Positions 35,598 to 47,779 of a stretch of DNA of 64,000 bases are shown here, piece by piece. Position 1 is the stretch's first letter, and every line of letters starts with the position of its first letter. The translations under genes and the position numbers were made by a program. The stretch comes from Chiloscyllium plagiosum (Eukaryota): positions 7,367,117 to 7,431,116 of the forward strand of contig NC_057720.1 in assembly GCF_004010195.1 (NCBI RefSeq), read 5' to 3'. The notes below the pieces were generated by a model. That model was not told where the DNA came from. It did not search any database and was given only the letters and a program-made list of their open reading frames with translations.

Positions 35598-36484
35598 GTA
35601 AATGTCTGAAGGCACTTTTGAGGAACTCTAGCAGGCGAAGTGGGTTAATTGAAGAGACACTAACAGATGACCGAAGAAGGCAAATTCTATTTCGAAACAT
35701 TTTAGGGTGTGACAGCGAGCGAAACGAGAGATAGCAGGGCTCATGGATGGGAATTCCAGACCTTATGGCCACACGGTGGAGCAGGTACAAGAGGGAAAGG
35801 ATTCCCTGTCAACATTTTCCCTCCCAACCAGTCAATGCCGAGACCTGGCAAGGGAAATTAAAGCCCCTCAATTGATCAGCCATGCAGGTCTGTGTGAAAA
35901 TAACTCTGCAAACATTCCAACATAACTCACTCTAATGGAGCTTCCGAGCGTTCTGCGCTTATTGAGAAATGGGGAGAGACTGGTGACAGAAGTGGCTTTT
36001 AGACCATGTAATTGGGGACGGAACCAGCTACAAAGACAGCCAGTCTAGCAAACAAATAAACAAACAGGTAATGCATATCACATTCCCGCAAGTCAATCTA
36101 AAGGTGGATCACTGCTGGTATTTCAGTCCCCAATGACCTGGCTTTCAGTGGACCACCTTCGACTGACTGGCTACAATCCTTTTCTTGCTGATGGGAGCAT
36201 TTTACAGGCAGGAGACTGATCAGATATCACAGAGCACAACTACTTAGGAAGTTTTTAGCTGCAACTTGATCCCTCTCTCTGTGTGTTTAGACTGGCTGCC
36301 TTGTTTCCCTAACTCTGCTCCTCTCTGAGCTCCTTCTATTGTTTGCCACCAACCTTTACTGACCCCAGCAAATAACTAAGTCAAAACAAACAGCAGAGAC
36401 AACATGAAAGTATGACTCAAAAAAAATGCACAGTGTGGGGGGGGGGCAATGGTCAGCCAGTCAGAATGTTAAAGGAAATTCCTT

Positions 36485-37100
36485 AGCCAGGTAGATAGAA
36501 TAGTCATTATTGGTCAGTGCATTGAGTACAGGAGTTGACAGGTCGTGTTGCGGCCACTTTTGGAATACTGTGTGCAATTTTGGTCTCCCTGCTGTCGGAA
36601 GGATGTTGTGAAACTTGAAAGATTTACAAGGATGTTGCCAGGGTTGGAAGGTTTGAGCTAAAGGGAGATGCTGAATTGGCTGGGGCTGTTTTCCCTGGAG
36701 TATCAGAGACTGAGGATAATGTTATAGAGGTTTATAAAATCATGAGGGGTGTGGATAGGGTAAATAGGTAAGGTCTTTGCCCTGGGTGGGGGAGTCCATA
36801 ACTAGAGGGCATAGGTTTAAGGCGAGAGAGGGAAGATAATAAAAGGGACTAAGGGGCAACTTTTTCACGCAGCGGGTGGTGTGTGTATGGAATGAGCTGC
36901 CAGAGGATGTGGTGAAGGCTGGTACAATTACAGCATTTAAAAGGCATCTGGATGGGTATATGAATAGGAAGGGTTTGGAGGAATATGGGCCAAATGCTGG
37001 CAAATGGGGCTCAATTTATTTTGAATATCTGGTCAGCATGGAGGAGTTGCGAGGAAGGGTCTGTTTACATGCTGTACCGCTCTATGATTCTATAAGTGAC
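36485..37100 (+). mobile_element. HER1 LINE 3' end
   Basis: VWNELPEDVVKAGTITAFKRHLDGYMN; tail. Confidence 0.92.
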
Positions 37101-37144
37101 TAGGGGATGCCTGCCTTCCCTTTGGTAACACATCTTGCGAACAA

Positions 37145-37400
37145 TTGAAAGCATTCATGTTGTAGTTATACCAGCCTCCACCACCCCGTCTGGCAGTTCA
37201 TTCCATTCACACACCACCCTCTGCGTGAATAAGTTGCCCCTTAGGTCCCTTTTAAATCTTTCCCTTTCACCATAAACCTATGCCCTCTAGTTTTGGACTC
37301 CCCTACTCTGGGGAAAAGACGTGTCCATTCATCTAATCTATGCCCCTCATGATTCCATGATCCTCCATAAAGTCACCTCTCCATCTCCAACTCTCCAAGA
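37145..37400 (-). mobile_element. HER1 LINE fragment (inverted relative to neighbour)
   Basis: ccagcctccaccac...aagttgccccttaggtccc...tatgccctctag. Confidence 0.88.
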
Positions 37401-37542
37401 AGCTAATTTTAGAAAAACACCACTTGTATTTTTTCACTGGATGTGGGCATCACCAGTTGGACCAATATTTAATGACATCCCTAATTGCCCCGCGGGTAAA
37501 AGATTATGTCACCAGAGTCCATGGGATGGGTAGGGAGGGTGT

Positions 37543-37581
37543 GCGAGAGAGAGAGATAGAGCATGAGAGAGAGAGAGAGCA

Positions 37582-37618
<37 letters not shown>
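37543..37618. repeat. (GA)n microsatellite
   Basis: Direct reading. Confidence 0.95.
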
Positions 37619-37619
37619 C

Positions 37620-37740
37620 GACCGGTGGTAGTTTAACCTGAGGGTCACCATGCCTCAGGCGAGGGAAGAGGTTGAGAAGAAGAATCTTTCATCGTATTCT
37701 CAGCTGGTGTGGGAATTGAACCCAAGCTGTCAACACACCT
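37620..37740 (-). mobile_element. tRNA-head SINE family D fragment (relatives at about 54610-54700 and 60865-61560)
   Basis: gtggtagtttaacctgagg...gggaattgaaccc (B-box reverse complement). Confidence 0.55.
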
Positions 37741-38439
37741 GAAGAATGGTTAAGAATCAACCACATTGTTGTGCGTCTGGAGTCCTATGTTGGTCAGACA
37801 GGCAGCATCTGGCAGGAAAACATTAATGAACCAAATAGATTTTTCTGACAGCATTTTCTCTGTCATCATTAGACTCTTAATTCCAGATTTTTATTGAGTT
37901 GAAACTCTACCACCAGTCATTGTGAAAGCCAGATCCCCTGAAATTACCTGGGTCTGGCTTCATCATCTCACACTGAGCCATCAGCTCCCCAGATAGCACC
38001 CTCAGTGTAATTGGTGCTCTCCCTCCTAATGCAGTCACCTCTCAAAACAGCCTGCACATGGCTCTATTGTCACCTCTCACACTGAGGCACTTTACAAATA
38101 CAACTGCAATCTGCACTAAATGTTGACAGTGAACCCGCAGGGAGATATCTGGCCAAGCGTCTGAACATTCAGTCAAAGAGGTAGATTTTAAGCAGCATTT
38201 CTAAAGGGGCAGGGTGAAATAACAGAGGTTCAAGGATCAAAGCTGCTGAAGGCATTGGTGACAACAGCACAGCACAGAAATGAAAAATCAGAGATGTGAA
38301 CGAGAGACAAAGCGAGGAGAGTGCAGCACAACTGGTGGAGATCGTTTCAATGTGTCAGCGTAAGTTCACAGAAGGATTTGTCAACAGGGAAGGAGGATTT
38401 TCAAATCAAGGCTCTGGCAATCAGGGAATTAATGCTTGA

Positions 38440-39068
38440 AGAATCCCTACAATATGGAAGCAGGCCATTTAGCCCATCAGTGACCTTCTGAAGAACACCC
38501 ATCTAGACACACCCATCCCATCCCTGAAACCCCACAATTCCCATGGTCAACCCAGCTAGCCTGCACATCCCTAGGCATTATGGGCAATTTAGCATGGCCA
38601 ATCCACCCTAATGTGCACGTCCCTAGGTACAATGGGCAATTCATGACCAGTCCAGCCTAACCTGCACATCCCTGAACACTATGGGAAATTTAGCACAGCC
38701 AATCCATCCTAACCTGCACATCCCTGGACACTATGGGAAATTTAGCATGGCCAATCCATCCTAACCTGCACATCCCTGGACACTATGGGAAATTTAGCAT
38801 GGCCAATCCACCCTAACATGCACATCCCTGGGTACGATGGACAATTTAGCATGGCCAGTCCAGCCTAACCTGCACATCCCTGGACACTATGGGCAATTTA
38901 GCACAGCCAATCCATCTGACCTGCGCATCTTTGGACAGTGGGAGGAAACTCACACAGACACCAGTGAGCACGTGCAAACTCCACACAGACAGTTGCTCGA
39001 GGGTGGGATGGAACCGGGGTCCCTGGTGCTGGGAGGCAGCAACATAAACCACTGATCCACCTGCCCTC
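38440..39068 (-). mobile_element. HE1 V-SINE with expanded internal 52-bp tandem array
   Basis: SINE tail at 38440-38550, head at 38930-39068, seven tandem units between. Confidence 0.9.
38555..38930. repeat. 52-bp tandem repeat x7
   Basis: Unit taacctgcacatccctggacactatgggaaatttagcatggccaatccatcc. Confidence 0.93.
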
Positions 39069-39826
39069 AGTCAGCGCTTGTTAGAAAGCAGGGGGATGAT
39101 GGGTGAATAGGACTCAGTACAATTAGGTTACAGACCTCAGAGTTCTGAATGAAGATTGTGATCAGAGCAAGTGGATCATGCTGTTATCTTCCTTTGCTTT
39201 GAAGGCAAGCAGGTTTTTGCCTTTCCATTCTACTGAGCAGCATATTTTAGCCATCTCGAGTAGTGGACATAAAAGTAGTTTTTGATGGGAAAAGGAGTGT
39301 TTTGCTTTCAAACGATAAGAGCTGCAAACTCCATTTGCTGCTGTTTGAACATAATATAATTAATTCTGCAGCGCCTGTGCACACAGTCCGTGCAGCAGAA
39401 AGCTCCCGTGGTGAGTGAAATGGAATTGCCAAAGTAAACAAAGCAGAAGACAACAGGAAATCTGAAACGGTTTTCAGGACAAATCTAGTGTCTCAACTTC
39501 TGCAATTTGCTACTGGGTTTTACCTGAACTTAGAGCCACTTCAGAAGCAAATAATGGAGAATCCCAATGGGGAAAGGCTGGGGCGAGTCCAGGATCTATA
39601 GCGACACTGACTTTCCAGAGAAAAATAATGTGAAAATGAGAAGTGTTTGTGGACTGATGAGTTCCTATGTGCAGTGTGCAGTGAATTGGATATTTCATCT
39701 AACAGCTCAGGACAAAACTAATGCAAATACCTGCTTAGGTAAAAAGCGCTAATGAAACACTTTGACATGTAGCACTTCCATGATATGAAAACTACAGGTC
39801 AGCTGGAAGGCGTATAAAGGCTATGA

Positions 39827-39955
39827 AAGCAAAATACTGCAGATGCTGGAAATCTGAAACAAAGCAGAGATTGCTGGAGAAACTCAACAGATCTGGCAGC
39901 ATCTGTGAAGAGACAGTTAATGTTGCGAGTCCAGTATGACTCTCTTTCAGAGCAA
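39827..39955 (-). mobile_element. PLE-derived family P3 (degenerate)
   Basis: aaagcaaaatactgcagatgctggaaatctgaaac...ctggcagcatctgtg matches 57221-57346. Confidence 0.75.
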
Positions 39956-39969
39956 TGTAAATTTGGGGA

Positions 39970-40485
39970 TGTCATAGATTCACACAGCATGGAAACTGAC
40001 CTTTCAGTCCAACTAGTCCACACCAGCCATGTTCCCAAACCAAACCAGTCCCACCTGTTTGCACATGCCCTGTTTCCCTCCAAACCGTTCCCACTCATGA
40101 AATTATAACTTTAACTCATGTCTTTTAAATGTTGTAACTGTACTTGTATCCAGCACTTTCTCTGGCAGTTCAATCCACAATAAACTACTTCCTGCATAAA
40201 AACGTTGCCCCTCATGTCTTTTTTAAATCTTTCTCCTCTCACCTTAAAAATATGCCCCCCTAGTCTTGAGCTCCCTCGGGAAAAGATCCTTGTCATTCAC
40301 TTTATTTAGGCCCCTCATGATTTTATAAACTTCTATAAAGTTACCACTCAACCTCTTATGCTCCAATGAAAAAAGTCCCAGTCTTTCCAGTTTACTTATA
40401 TGCCTGAAGCCTTCCAGACCTGGCAACATCCCCTGTATAATAATATCCTTCCTATAACAGGGTGACCCGAACTGGACAGAGTAGT
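39970..40485 (-). mobile_element. HER1-related LINE 3' end, interrupted by HE1
   Basis: Reverse ORF MLPGLEGF..KLERLGLFSLEHKRL; resumes briefly at about 40803. Confidence 0.88.
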
Positions 40486-40801
40486 GGGCGGCATGGTGGC
40501 AAAGTGGTTAGCAAAGCTGCCTCACACCGCCAGAGACCCGGGTTCAATTCCCGCCTCAGGCAACTCTCTGTGTGGAGTTTGCACATTCTCCCCGTGTTTG
40601 CATGGGTTTTCTTCGGGTGCTCCGGTTTCCTCCCACAGTCCAAAAATGTCGAGGTTAGGTGAATTGGCCATGCTAAATTGCCCGTAGTGTTAGGTGAAGG
40701 GGTAAATGTAGGAGAATGGGTCTGGGTGGTTTGCGCGTCGGTGTGGACTCGTTGGGCCAAAGGGCCTGTTTCCACACTGTAAGTAATCTAATTTAAAAAA
40801 A
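40486..40801 (+). mobile_element. HE1 V-SINE, full-length
   Basis: Near-identical to 29728-30051. Confidence 0.95.
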
Positions 40802-41125
40802 GTTCCAGAAGAGGCCTCACCAATGTCAACAAAATGAAGTTGAATGAGTGCAGCACAACTGGAGGAGGTCACCTTGATGTGCTGTTGTAAGTCCATGGAA
40901 GGATTTGTAAACAGAAATGGGGGATTTTAAAATGAAGGCATCATTGGTCAGAAAGTTCATGTTGGTCAGTGAGCAGGAGGGTGATTAGGAATCAGGCCAC
41001 ACACAGCAGAGTTCTGAATAAAGATTGTGATCCATAGAGCAAGTGGATCATGCTGTTATCTTCCTTCATTTTGAAGTCAAGCACAGTTTTGCTTTTGCAT
41101 CTACTGCACAGCATATTTAGCCAGA

Positions 41126-41232
41126 ACCTCTGAAGAAGTGATACCAGACTCGAAAACGTTAACTCTACTTTTCTCCCTCCACAGATGCTGTCAGACCTGC
41201 TGAGGTTTTCCAGCATCCTCTGCGTTTGTTGT
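41126..41232 (+). mobile_element. PLE-derived family P3 with degenerate hammerhead
   Basis: ctgaaga-agtgataccagactc-gaaa-acgt-t-aac followed by cacagatgctgtcagacctgctgag. Confidence 0.7.
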
Positions 41233-41401
41233 ATATAATTGCTAAGCTATTTGAAAACATTTTTTTTTCTGTTTGAAAGCCACTAGCCCAAGCTAGAAAC
41301 TCTGGAATTCCTGCTCCACACCATTTTGTCTACATTTCTCTCACTCTCTTTCTCTCTCTCTTTTCATACACTAACATTTTGGTCAAATCCTCATTCACAT
41401 A

Positions 41402-41574
41402 CTGGATCAGTGGTGCTGGAAGAGCACAGCAATTCAGGCAGCATCCGAGGACAGGCAAAATCGACGTTTCGGGCAAAAGCCCCCTGTCCTCGGATGCTGC
41501 CTGAATTGCTGTGCTCTTCCAGCACCACTAATCCAGAATCTGGTTTCCAGCATCTGCAGTCATTGTTTTTACCT
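41402..41574. mobile_element. PLE-derived P1-like inverted pair, centre deleted
   Basis: 13-bp TSD cctcattcacata (41389-41401 / 41575-41587). Confidence 0.88.
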
Positions 41575-42297
41575 CCTCATTCACATATCCTAGTCTCTCC
41601 ATCTTGGTCTCAGTTCTTGCCCTAATTACTCTCCTAGAGCTACTATCTGTTCTGCAATAGAAATACAAAGATTGCTGTTAAATAACTTTTGACTGAAAGA
41701 CATTTCAACATCCATCCATTTGGATCACACTGTCCAGAATATGACTTGCAATTACTGGAGATAACTGGCGTAATTTCTAGATTTTGATGTTTTGTAAAAA
41801 ACAGCCCATCCTGGGACACAATATTTTTGTTACCATTCAAGCAGCAACATTCTGAACCAACATCCTCCATTATTACTTTCCAAATTTCCAAGCAGAGGAC
41901 TTTGATTCCAATGTTTGAATCTACTTCCGGGTAAGGTGTTAATTTGAATGGGCACAAGTGTGCCAGCTCCAAAGATAATTCGGGATTCACTCCAATAATC
42001 CGGTTAATATCAATTTGAACAATGTCACAAAGCGTTACGGTCATTATTTATGGGACCGTACTACGGCCAGAAAGAGCTGACCTTTTACATCAGTGACTAC
42101 ACTTCAAGAAGTACTTTATTGCTTCCTTTATTGGCATTTTATGATCCAAGTGCACATTCTGTCTTGATTTCTTTATTTAATCCTCCAGCCTTAGAACAGC
42201 GCTTCCTGAAGGTCTTCTCTCTGTGGCCCTATTTGGAGGCTTGGAAATTGTTGCAAATCCCTCCATGAGAGTTGAGACAGCAGGCAATCAGAGAGGT

Positions 42298-42500
42298 AGG
42301 TGTGTGTGTGCGTGTGTGTGTGCGCGGCGTGTGCAGTTTGTGAGAGAGAGAGAATGTGTGGTGTGCGTGTGTGTGTGTGCGCGAGCGTGCGTGGTTTGTG
42401 AGAGAGAGAGAATGTGTGTGTATGCGTGAGAGAGAGAGTGTGTGCGTGGGAGTGTGGGCATGTGTGACTGTCAGTATGTATACATGAGTATGTGTGTGCC
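42298..42500. repeat. Compound (GT)/(GA)/(GC) low-complexity tract
   Basis: Direct reading; two similar 50-60-bp sub-blocks. Confidence 0.9.
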
Positions 42501-42609
42501 TGCTGAGCTTCAGAAAGTGAGACACCAATTTTCAACATCCAGCTTCCACTGGGATCCAAACACAATTTTTTTTGGGGGGTGGGACGGCAGTGGGGCAGGG
42601 TGGGACGGT

Positions 42610-42980
42610 GTGGTGGTGTTGGTGCAGTGGTAATGTCACTGGCAAGTAATCTAGAACCCCAAGTTAATTGTTTGGGGATAGAGGTTCAGGGAGAGGCAAT
42701 GGCATAGTAGATTTATGATGAGACCATTAATCCAGAGAACCTGGGATCGAATCCTGCCATGGCAGACGGTGAAATTTGAATTCAATTAAAAATCTGAAAT
42801 TAAGAATCGAATGATGACCACAAAATTGCTGGGGAAAACCAATCTGGTTCACTCATTCCCCTTAGAGAAGGAAACTGCCATCTTCACCATGGTCTGGCCT
42901 ACATGTGACTCCAGACCCACAGCAATGTAGTTGACTCTTAACTTAGTGATGGGCAATAAAGGCTGGCCCACCCAGCATCT
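42610..42980 (+). mobile_element. SINE family B with an extra head fragment upstream
   Basis: Two tRNA-like heads (about 42620 and 42690), then body and caataaa tail. Confidence 0.8.
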
Positions 42981-43584
42981 GAAAACCGGCTTTGGAAAAA
43001 CGTTCCTTCGAAGGAGGGTGAGGTTTAGATTCATTCCTTAAATACAAATGCTCACAGGAATGTTGCAGTGTGTGGATCCAAGGAGGAGACAGAAGTCAAA
43101 GGCAAGAATTTAAGCTGGGGAGAGCGGGAGCTTCATATGCAGACCCCCATCGGTCATGACGCCAGCGAAAGACCAAAAAGAATGGGGTTATTTTTCTCCT
43201 CCCACTAGACCCAAGAAATTTAACAGCAAACTAGACGAGTGGCCTTCAGCATGACATCGCGCTACAGCAAGGTAACGAGTGAGCTGACTGCTCCTCTCTC
43301 TTTGAAAAGAATGGCATGAAAGAGAGAAAATTTAAATGATCACGAGGGAGAAGGTCAGGAAAAAAATGATCTTTAGATGATGGGTTGTTGAGACTATGGA
43401 ATCATCTTCTATTAATCAATGTTGAAACTGGTGCTATCAACACTTTTTGAAAAGAAATTAGGTCATTGCTTGAAAAAGAATCACAAGGAGTAAGTGACAG
43501 AATGAAAATAGTCTTCTGGAGCTGACCTTTATGTCGCTGACTCTGCTGTCTGCCTGGACTCCTCAAATACAAAATAATTTGTCA

Positions 43585-43893
43585 TGAATCCCGACAGTGT
43601 GGAAACAGGCCCTTCAGCCCAATAAGTCCACACCAACCCTCCGCAGAGTATCTCACCCAGACCTATGTTCCTACATTTTTCCCCTGACTAATGCACTCAA
43701 CCTACATATCCCTGAACACTTTGGGAAATTTAGCATGGCCAATTCACCTAACCTGTACATCTCTGGAGCACCCTATGCAGACAGGGGGAGAATGTGCAAA
43801 TTCCACACAGATAGTCACCCAAGGCTGGAATCAAACCGAAGTCCCTGTCACTGTGAGGCAGCAGTGCTAGCCACTGAGCCACCGTGTCACCCC
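43585..43893 (-). mobile_element. HE1 V-SINE
   Basis: Reverse complement of head and tail. Confidence 0.9.
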
Positions 43894-44015
43894 AATAATC
43901 TACATTGTTGAATAATGTGCAAAAATAATATTTCTTGGCTGAACTCAAGCTCTAAGTACACCAAAAGCTGAGATAGACAGCTTTGTAATCAGAAAGGATA
44001 ACGCAGCCTTAAAGG

Positions 44016-44220
44016 GAAAAATCAAAGCAAGTTTCAAGCACTCTGCTGAGTTCTCCCAACATATAGTCATTGAGTTGTAGAGCACAGAAACAGGCCCTTT
44101 GGTCCAACTTGTCCATGCTGACCAGATCAGTTGGACCAAAGGGTCTGTTTTGTGCTGTACGACTCGATGGCTCCATGTTGGTGAACTCAACCAAGTGCTT
44201 GAAACTTGCTTTGATTTTTC
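44016..44220. repeat. 205-bp imperfect inverted duplication (HER1 tail plus unique flank)
   Basis: gaaaaatcaaagcaagtttcaagcact ... agtgcttgaaacttgctttgatttttc; same CLKLALIF peptide appears in ORFs on both strands. Confidence 0.93.
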
Positions 44221-45808
44221 AAACTTTGTTTCAAAGATGCAGTGGATCCTGGAAGGTTTGTATCCATGTATCAGCACATGTTAGATGGGAAATATTCTGG
44301 AAGTTTTTTTCCCAGCAGATCTGACATCTTGTACAAAGCCAATGCAGCTATGCAAGAGCGTGCATTCACAAACCTGAATCAGCTCATGCTCATTCACACA
44401 CTGAAGCCTGGCAGCGTGGTATCTTAAAACGCACATTAATGCTAATTCGCTCAGTGACACCATCTGAAAATCAATATGATGCATCTATCAACCAGAGACC
44501 TCACTTCTCTTTCGCTCATGAAAGGGGCTTCTGAAAGCTGCAGTGGGTATGGGTGAGGAACAGAGGATGCTGTGCTACCAGGAGATGTTGGATTGAACAG
44601 AAGGTCCTCCAAGCCATTTGAGTAAGTTCAACAGTCGTTGGCTCAAGTCCCATGTTTCTCTTTAATGCACACAACTGACTGGCAGGGTCATTTCTCATCT
44701 TGATAGCAGCAATGGTGTGTGTGGGGTGTGTGTGTATGTCTCACCAACAGCTCTGTGTGAGCTCAACCTTCAACATCCAATCCCCATTAACTTTTCAATG
44801 GTTCAATCTTTCCTCCGACCGTCACCGAACGCATCTGACCTTCCCTCTTTTTGTACTAACAGCTCATTTCTACTCGATGGCATTTGACTGACAGTCCGTG
44901 TGAAAGGTCACTTGTCCTTTACGCAGCAGAGAAATGACAACCCAGTCGAGAGTGACTCCCTCTCTGTCGTTCCTGGCATGTGCAGAGCAAATTTTAGAAA
45001 CTGCAGCATTGCCCTCCCCACACGGGTTTCAAGGCCAACAATGACCCCACAGTCCCGGGAGCATTACACTGTGACAGCCTGGACAGGTTCCAGCCAACCC
45101 AATTCTCCCCAACAAATCATGTCACATCCTTGCTCTCCCCTTCACTGGACAGGCAGACAAAATCCTTCAAATTGCAACAGACAGCCGTGGTGCTCCCTAT
45201 GTGCCTTTACCGTGGGGGTTGACATGGGACAGACGTGCTTGCAGCTGACTTGATGCATTCTTTCCTCTGACACACAATATGACCTTTCTCTCTCTCTCAC
45301 TCCTCACTTGACATAGGAGAGGGAGAGAGGAAGGGAATGAAAGGTGAGAGGGGCTAGGAGCTGCAGCTGACAAGATAATCTAACTCCCACTTTCCCAACA
45401 AAGCACATCAGCTACACCAGTAAACACCCTTAATCCAGAGAAACCTAAATCCCTGCCACGCAGCACCATCCTTCATATTGCTCGAATGACTGCAATCTGA
45501 TAAATACATCAGCTCGCAGATCTAACTTCCTTGCCATCAGACTAGAATTCAAATGTGTTTTCCTCCTGAATAAAGCAAAAAGACAAGCTCACACATCACC
45601 TCACCTCGAACTGGGTAGCTTCTTTCTGACATTTGGACATGGGGAGTTTTTGTACGTGCACTCACGGGTAAAAGAAAGCTGTTGGATTAGTGCAACCACC
45701 CCCCCACCCCAACTCCCCCACTCCCAGCACTGAAACAGGACGTGAAATCAACAGCAGCTGAAATTGTAATCTTTGCAGCTCTCGGCTTCACTGCTCCCAA
45801 TCTGTGGC

Positions 45809-45835
45809 CCATTAATCACGGTTCCCAATCAATCA
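45809..45835 (-). promoter_or_regulatory. Tandem Pbx-Hox (TGATNNATKR) motifs
   Basis: TGATTAATGG (45809-45818) and TGATTGATTG (45826-45835) in unique DNA. Confidence 0.4.
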
Positions 45836-46044
45836 ATATTCAGATTACCTCATGGTGTACACACAGAGCTGGCAAATGAAGTAATAGTGATCCAGAATCT
45901 CGCCCACATTAAGTCATCATTCGGACAGGTAGGGACAGGGAAGTTAAAGAGGATTAAGTCCCAGAGGGGAAACAAAACAGTTGAATTGGCGGATGACACA
46001 TACTTGTCCAACTCATCTTGTACACCTGGCACGGAGGTGAGAAG

Positions 46045-46930
46045 GACCAGTTACTTAAGCAAAAATCTCATTTCATTTGAGGCAGTTCAGGGCAGATTCA
46101 CTGTGATGATCCCTAAGATGGATGGACTGTCTGAGAAGCAATGGCTGAAACAGGCTGGGTCTCTACTTACTGGAGTTTAGAAGAATGAGAGATAACCTCA
46201 TCGAAACACCTAGAATTCTTCAGAAGCCAATTCATAAGACCATAAGACATAGGGGTGGAAGTAAGGCCATTTGGCCCATCGAGTCCACTCCGCCATTTAA
46301 TCATGGCTGGTGGGCATTTCAACCCCACTTAACCGCACTCTTCCTGTATCCCGTAATTCTTTGTGAGATTAAAAAGTTTATCAATCTCTGCCTTGAAGAC
46401 ATTTAACGTCCTGGCCTCCACTGTGCTCCGTGGCAATGAATTCCACAGGCCCACCACTCTCTGGCTAAAGAAATGTCTCCTCATTTTAAATTAACCCCCT
46501 TCAATTCTGTGCCCACGGGTCCTAGCCTCCCACCTAACAGAAACAAATTCCCAGTGTCCACCCTTTCTAAGCCATGCATTATCAGGGTCAATGCTGAGAG
46601 GATGTTTCTCTTCCATGGGAGAGTCTAGGACCAGAGGGCATAGTCTCAGAACAACAAAAAAAAGTACCAATTTAAGAATGAGGAGAGGAGGAATTTCTTC
46701 CCTCAGGGTTATGAGTCTTTGGATCTCCTTACCACAGTGGGCTGTGGGGGAAGAGCCCTTGTGTATATTTACGGCTGAGATAGATAGATTCTTGAGGAAG
46801 AGAGCCAAGAGTTGTACAGGGAAAGGGCAGGAGAGTGGGTGTGAGAAGGTTGGATCAGCCATGATTGTATTGAATAGCAGAGAAGACTTATGGCCTTCTC
46901 CAGCTCCTATTTCTTATAGCCTTATGGGTC
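46045..46930 (+). mobile_element. CR1 LINE 3' end with a nested minus-strand CR1 tail (about 46232-46590)
   Basis: LEAVQGRFT-like start, ggatcagccatgatt tail; inner copy begins cataagaccataagacatagg. Confidence 0.8.
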
Positions 46931-47069
46931 AGTATGTTCATTTAAGACACTGGATGAGGAAAGAAATGCCAATCTGAAGAAATGGAGTCAGCCAGAGAAG
47001 GAGTGTCATGCATGAAGCTGAACACCCTGATATCGGGCAAATAAAACTCATTGGCGTGCCCCAACATTT

Positions 47070-47420
47070 TCTTTATTCATTCACAATATAGATCCAGCAT
47101 GTATTGATTGCCTCCAATTTCGAGAGTTAACTGTATTGCTGTGGGTCTGGAGTCACATGTGGGCCAGACCAGGTAAGGTTAGAAGTCACATGACCCCAGG
47201 TTATAATCCAATAGGTTTATTTGAAATCAGAAACTTTCAGAGCACTTTCCCTTCATCAGGTGAAGTCAAGGTAAGGACTTTCGTGAACCAGTGGATTCAC
47301 AGTCATCATTAGACTCTTAATTCCAGACCTTCGTTTGATGCAACTGAATTCCAGCATTGATCCCAGGTCCCCAGAACATTGATTTCTGGATTAATACCCC
47401 CCCATTAGACCAATACCTCT
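47070..47420 (-). mobile_element. SINE family B with nested P2 half (about 47179-47268)
   Basis: gtgggtctggagtcacatgt; aggtaagg duplicated around P2. Confidence 0.8.
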
Positions 47421-47779
47421 CTCTGAACTGGAGTTCAGGCTGCCTGCTCTAACAGTTCCTTTCATTTCCTGGGATTGTGGGTGAGATGGGCGTGTCGGAA
47501 GGATATTCCTGATGACCAGGGAACTCAGAAACAACAGCGACATTCTAAAGATACAGCGTAGGCCATTTAGGACTGAGATGTGAGGAAATTAGAGACTGGG
47601 GAGCCTGTGGAATTCTCTGCCACAGGAAACGGTTGAATCCAAAACATCAACTGTTTTCAAGAAGGGGAATGATATAGTCCTTGTGGCTAAAGGGATCAAA
47701 GAATTTGGGGAGAAAGTGAGAACAGGGTATGGATTTGGATGATCAGCGATGATCATATTGAATGGCAGAGTAGACTCAT

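Noticed and set aside
38555..38930. CRISPR-like array
   Set aside because: Contiguous units with no unique spacers, derived from a SINE, in eukaryotic DNA.
41643..42044. 133-aa minus-strand ORF in unique DNA; also CATTATTACTTT resembling the start of miR-126-5p at about 41868
   Set aside because: No recognisable domain or splice context; the miRNA-like match is only 12 nt and lacks the rest of the mature sequence and the hairpin.
42574..42625. G-quadruplex-capable G-run cluster
   Set aside because: Present, but between a microsatellite and a SINE with nothing indicating function.
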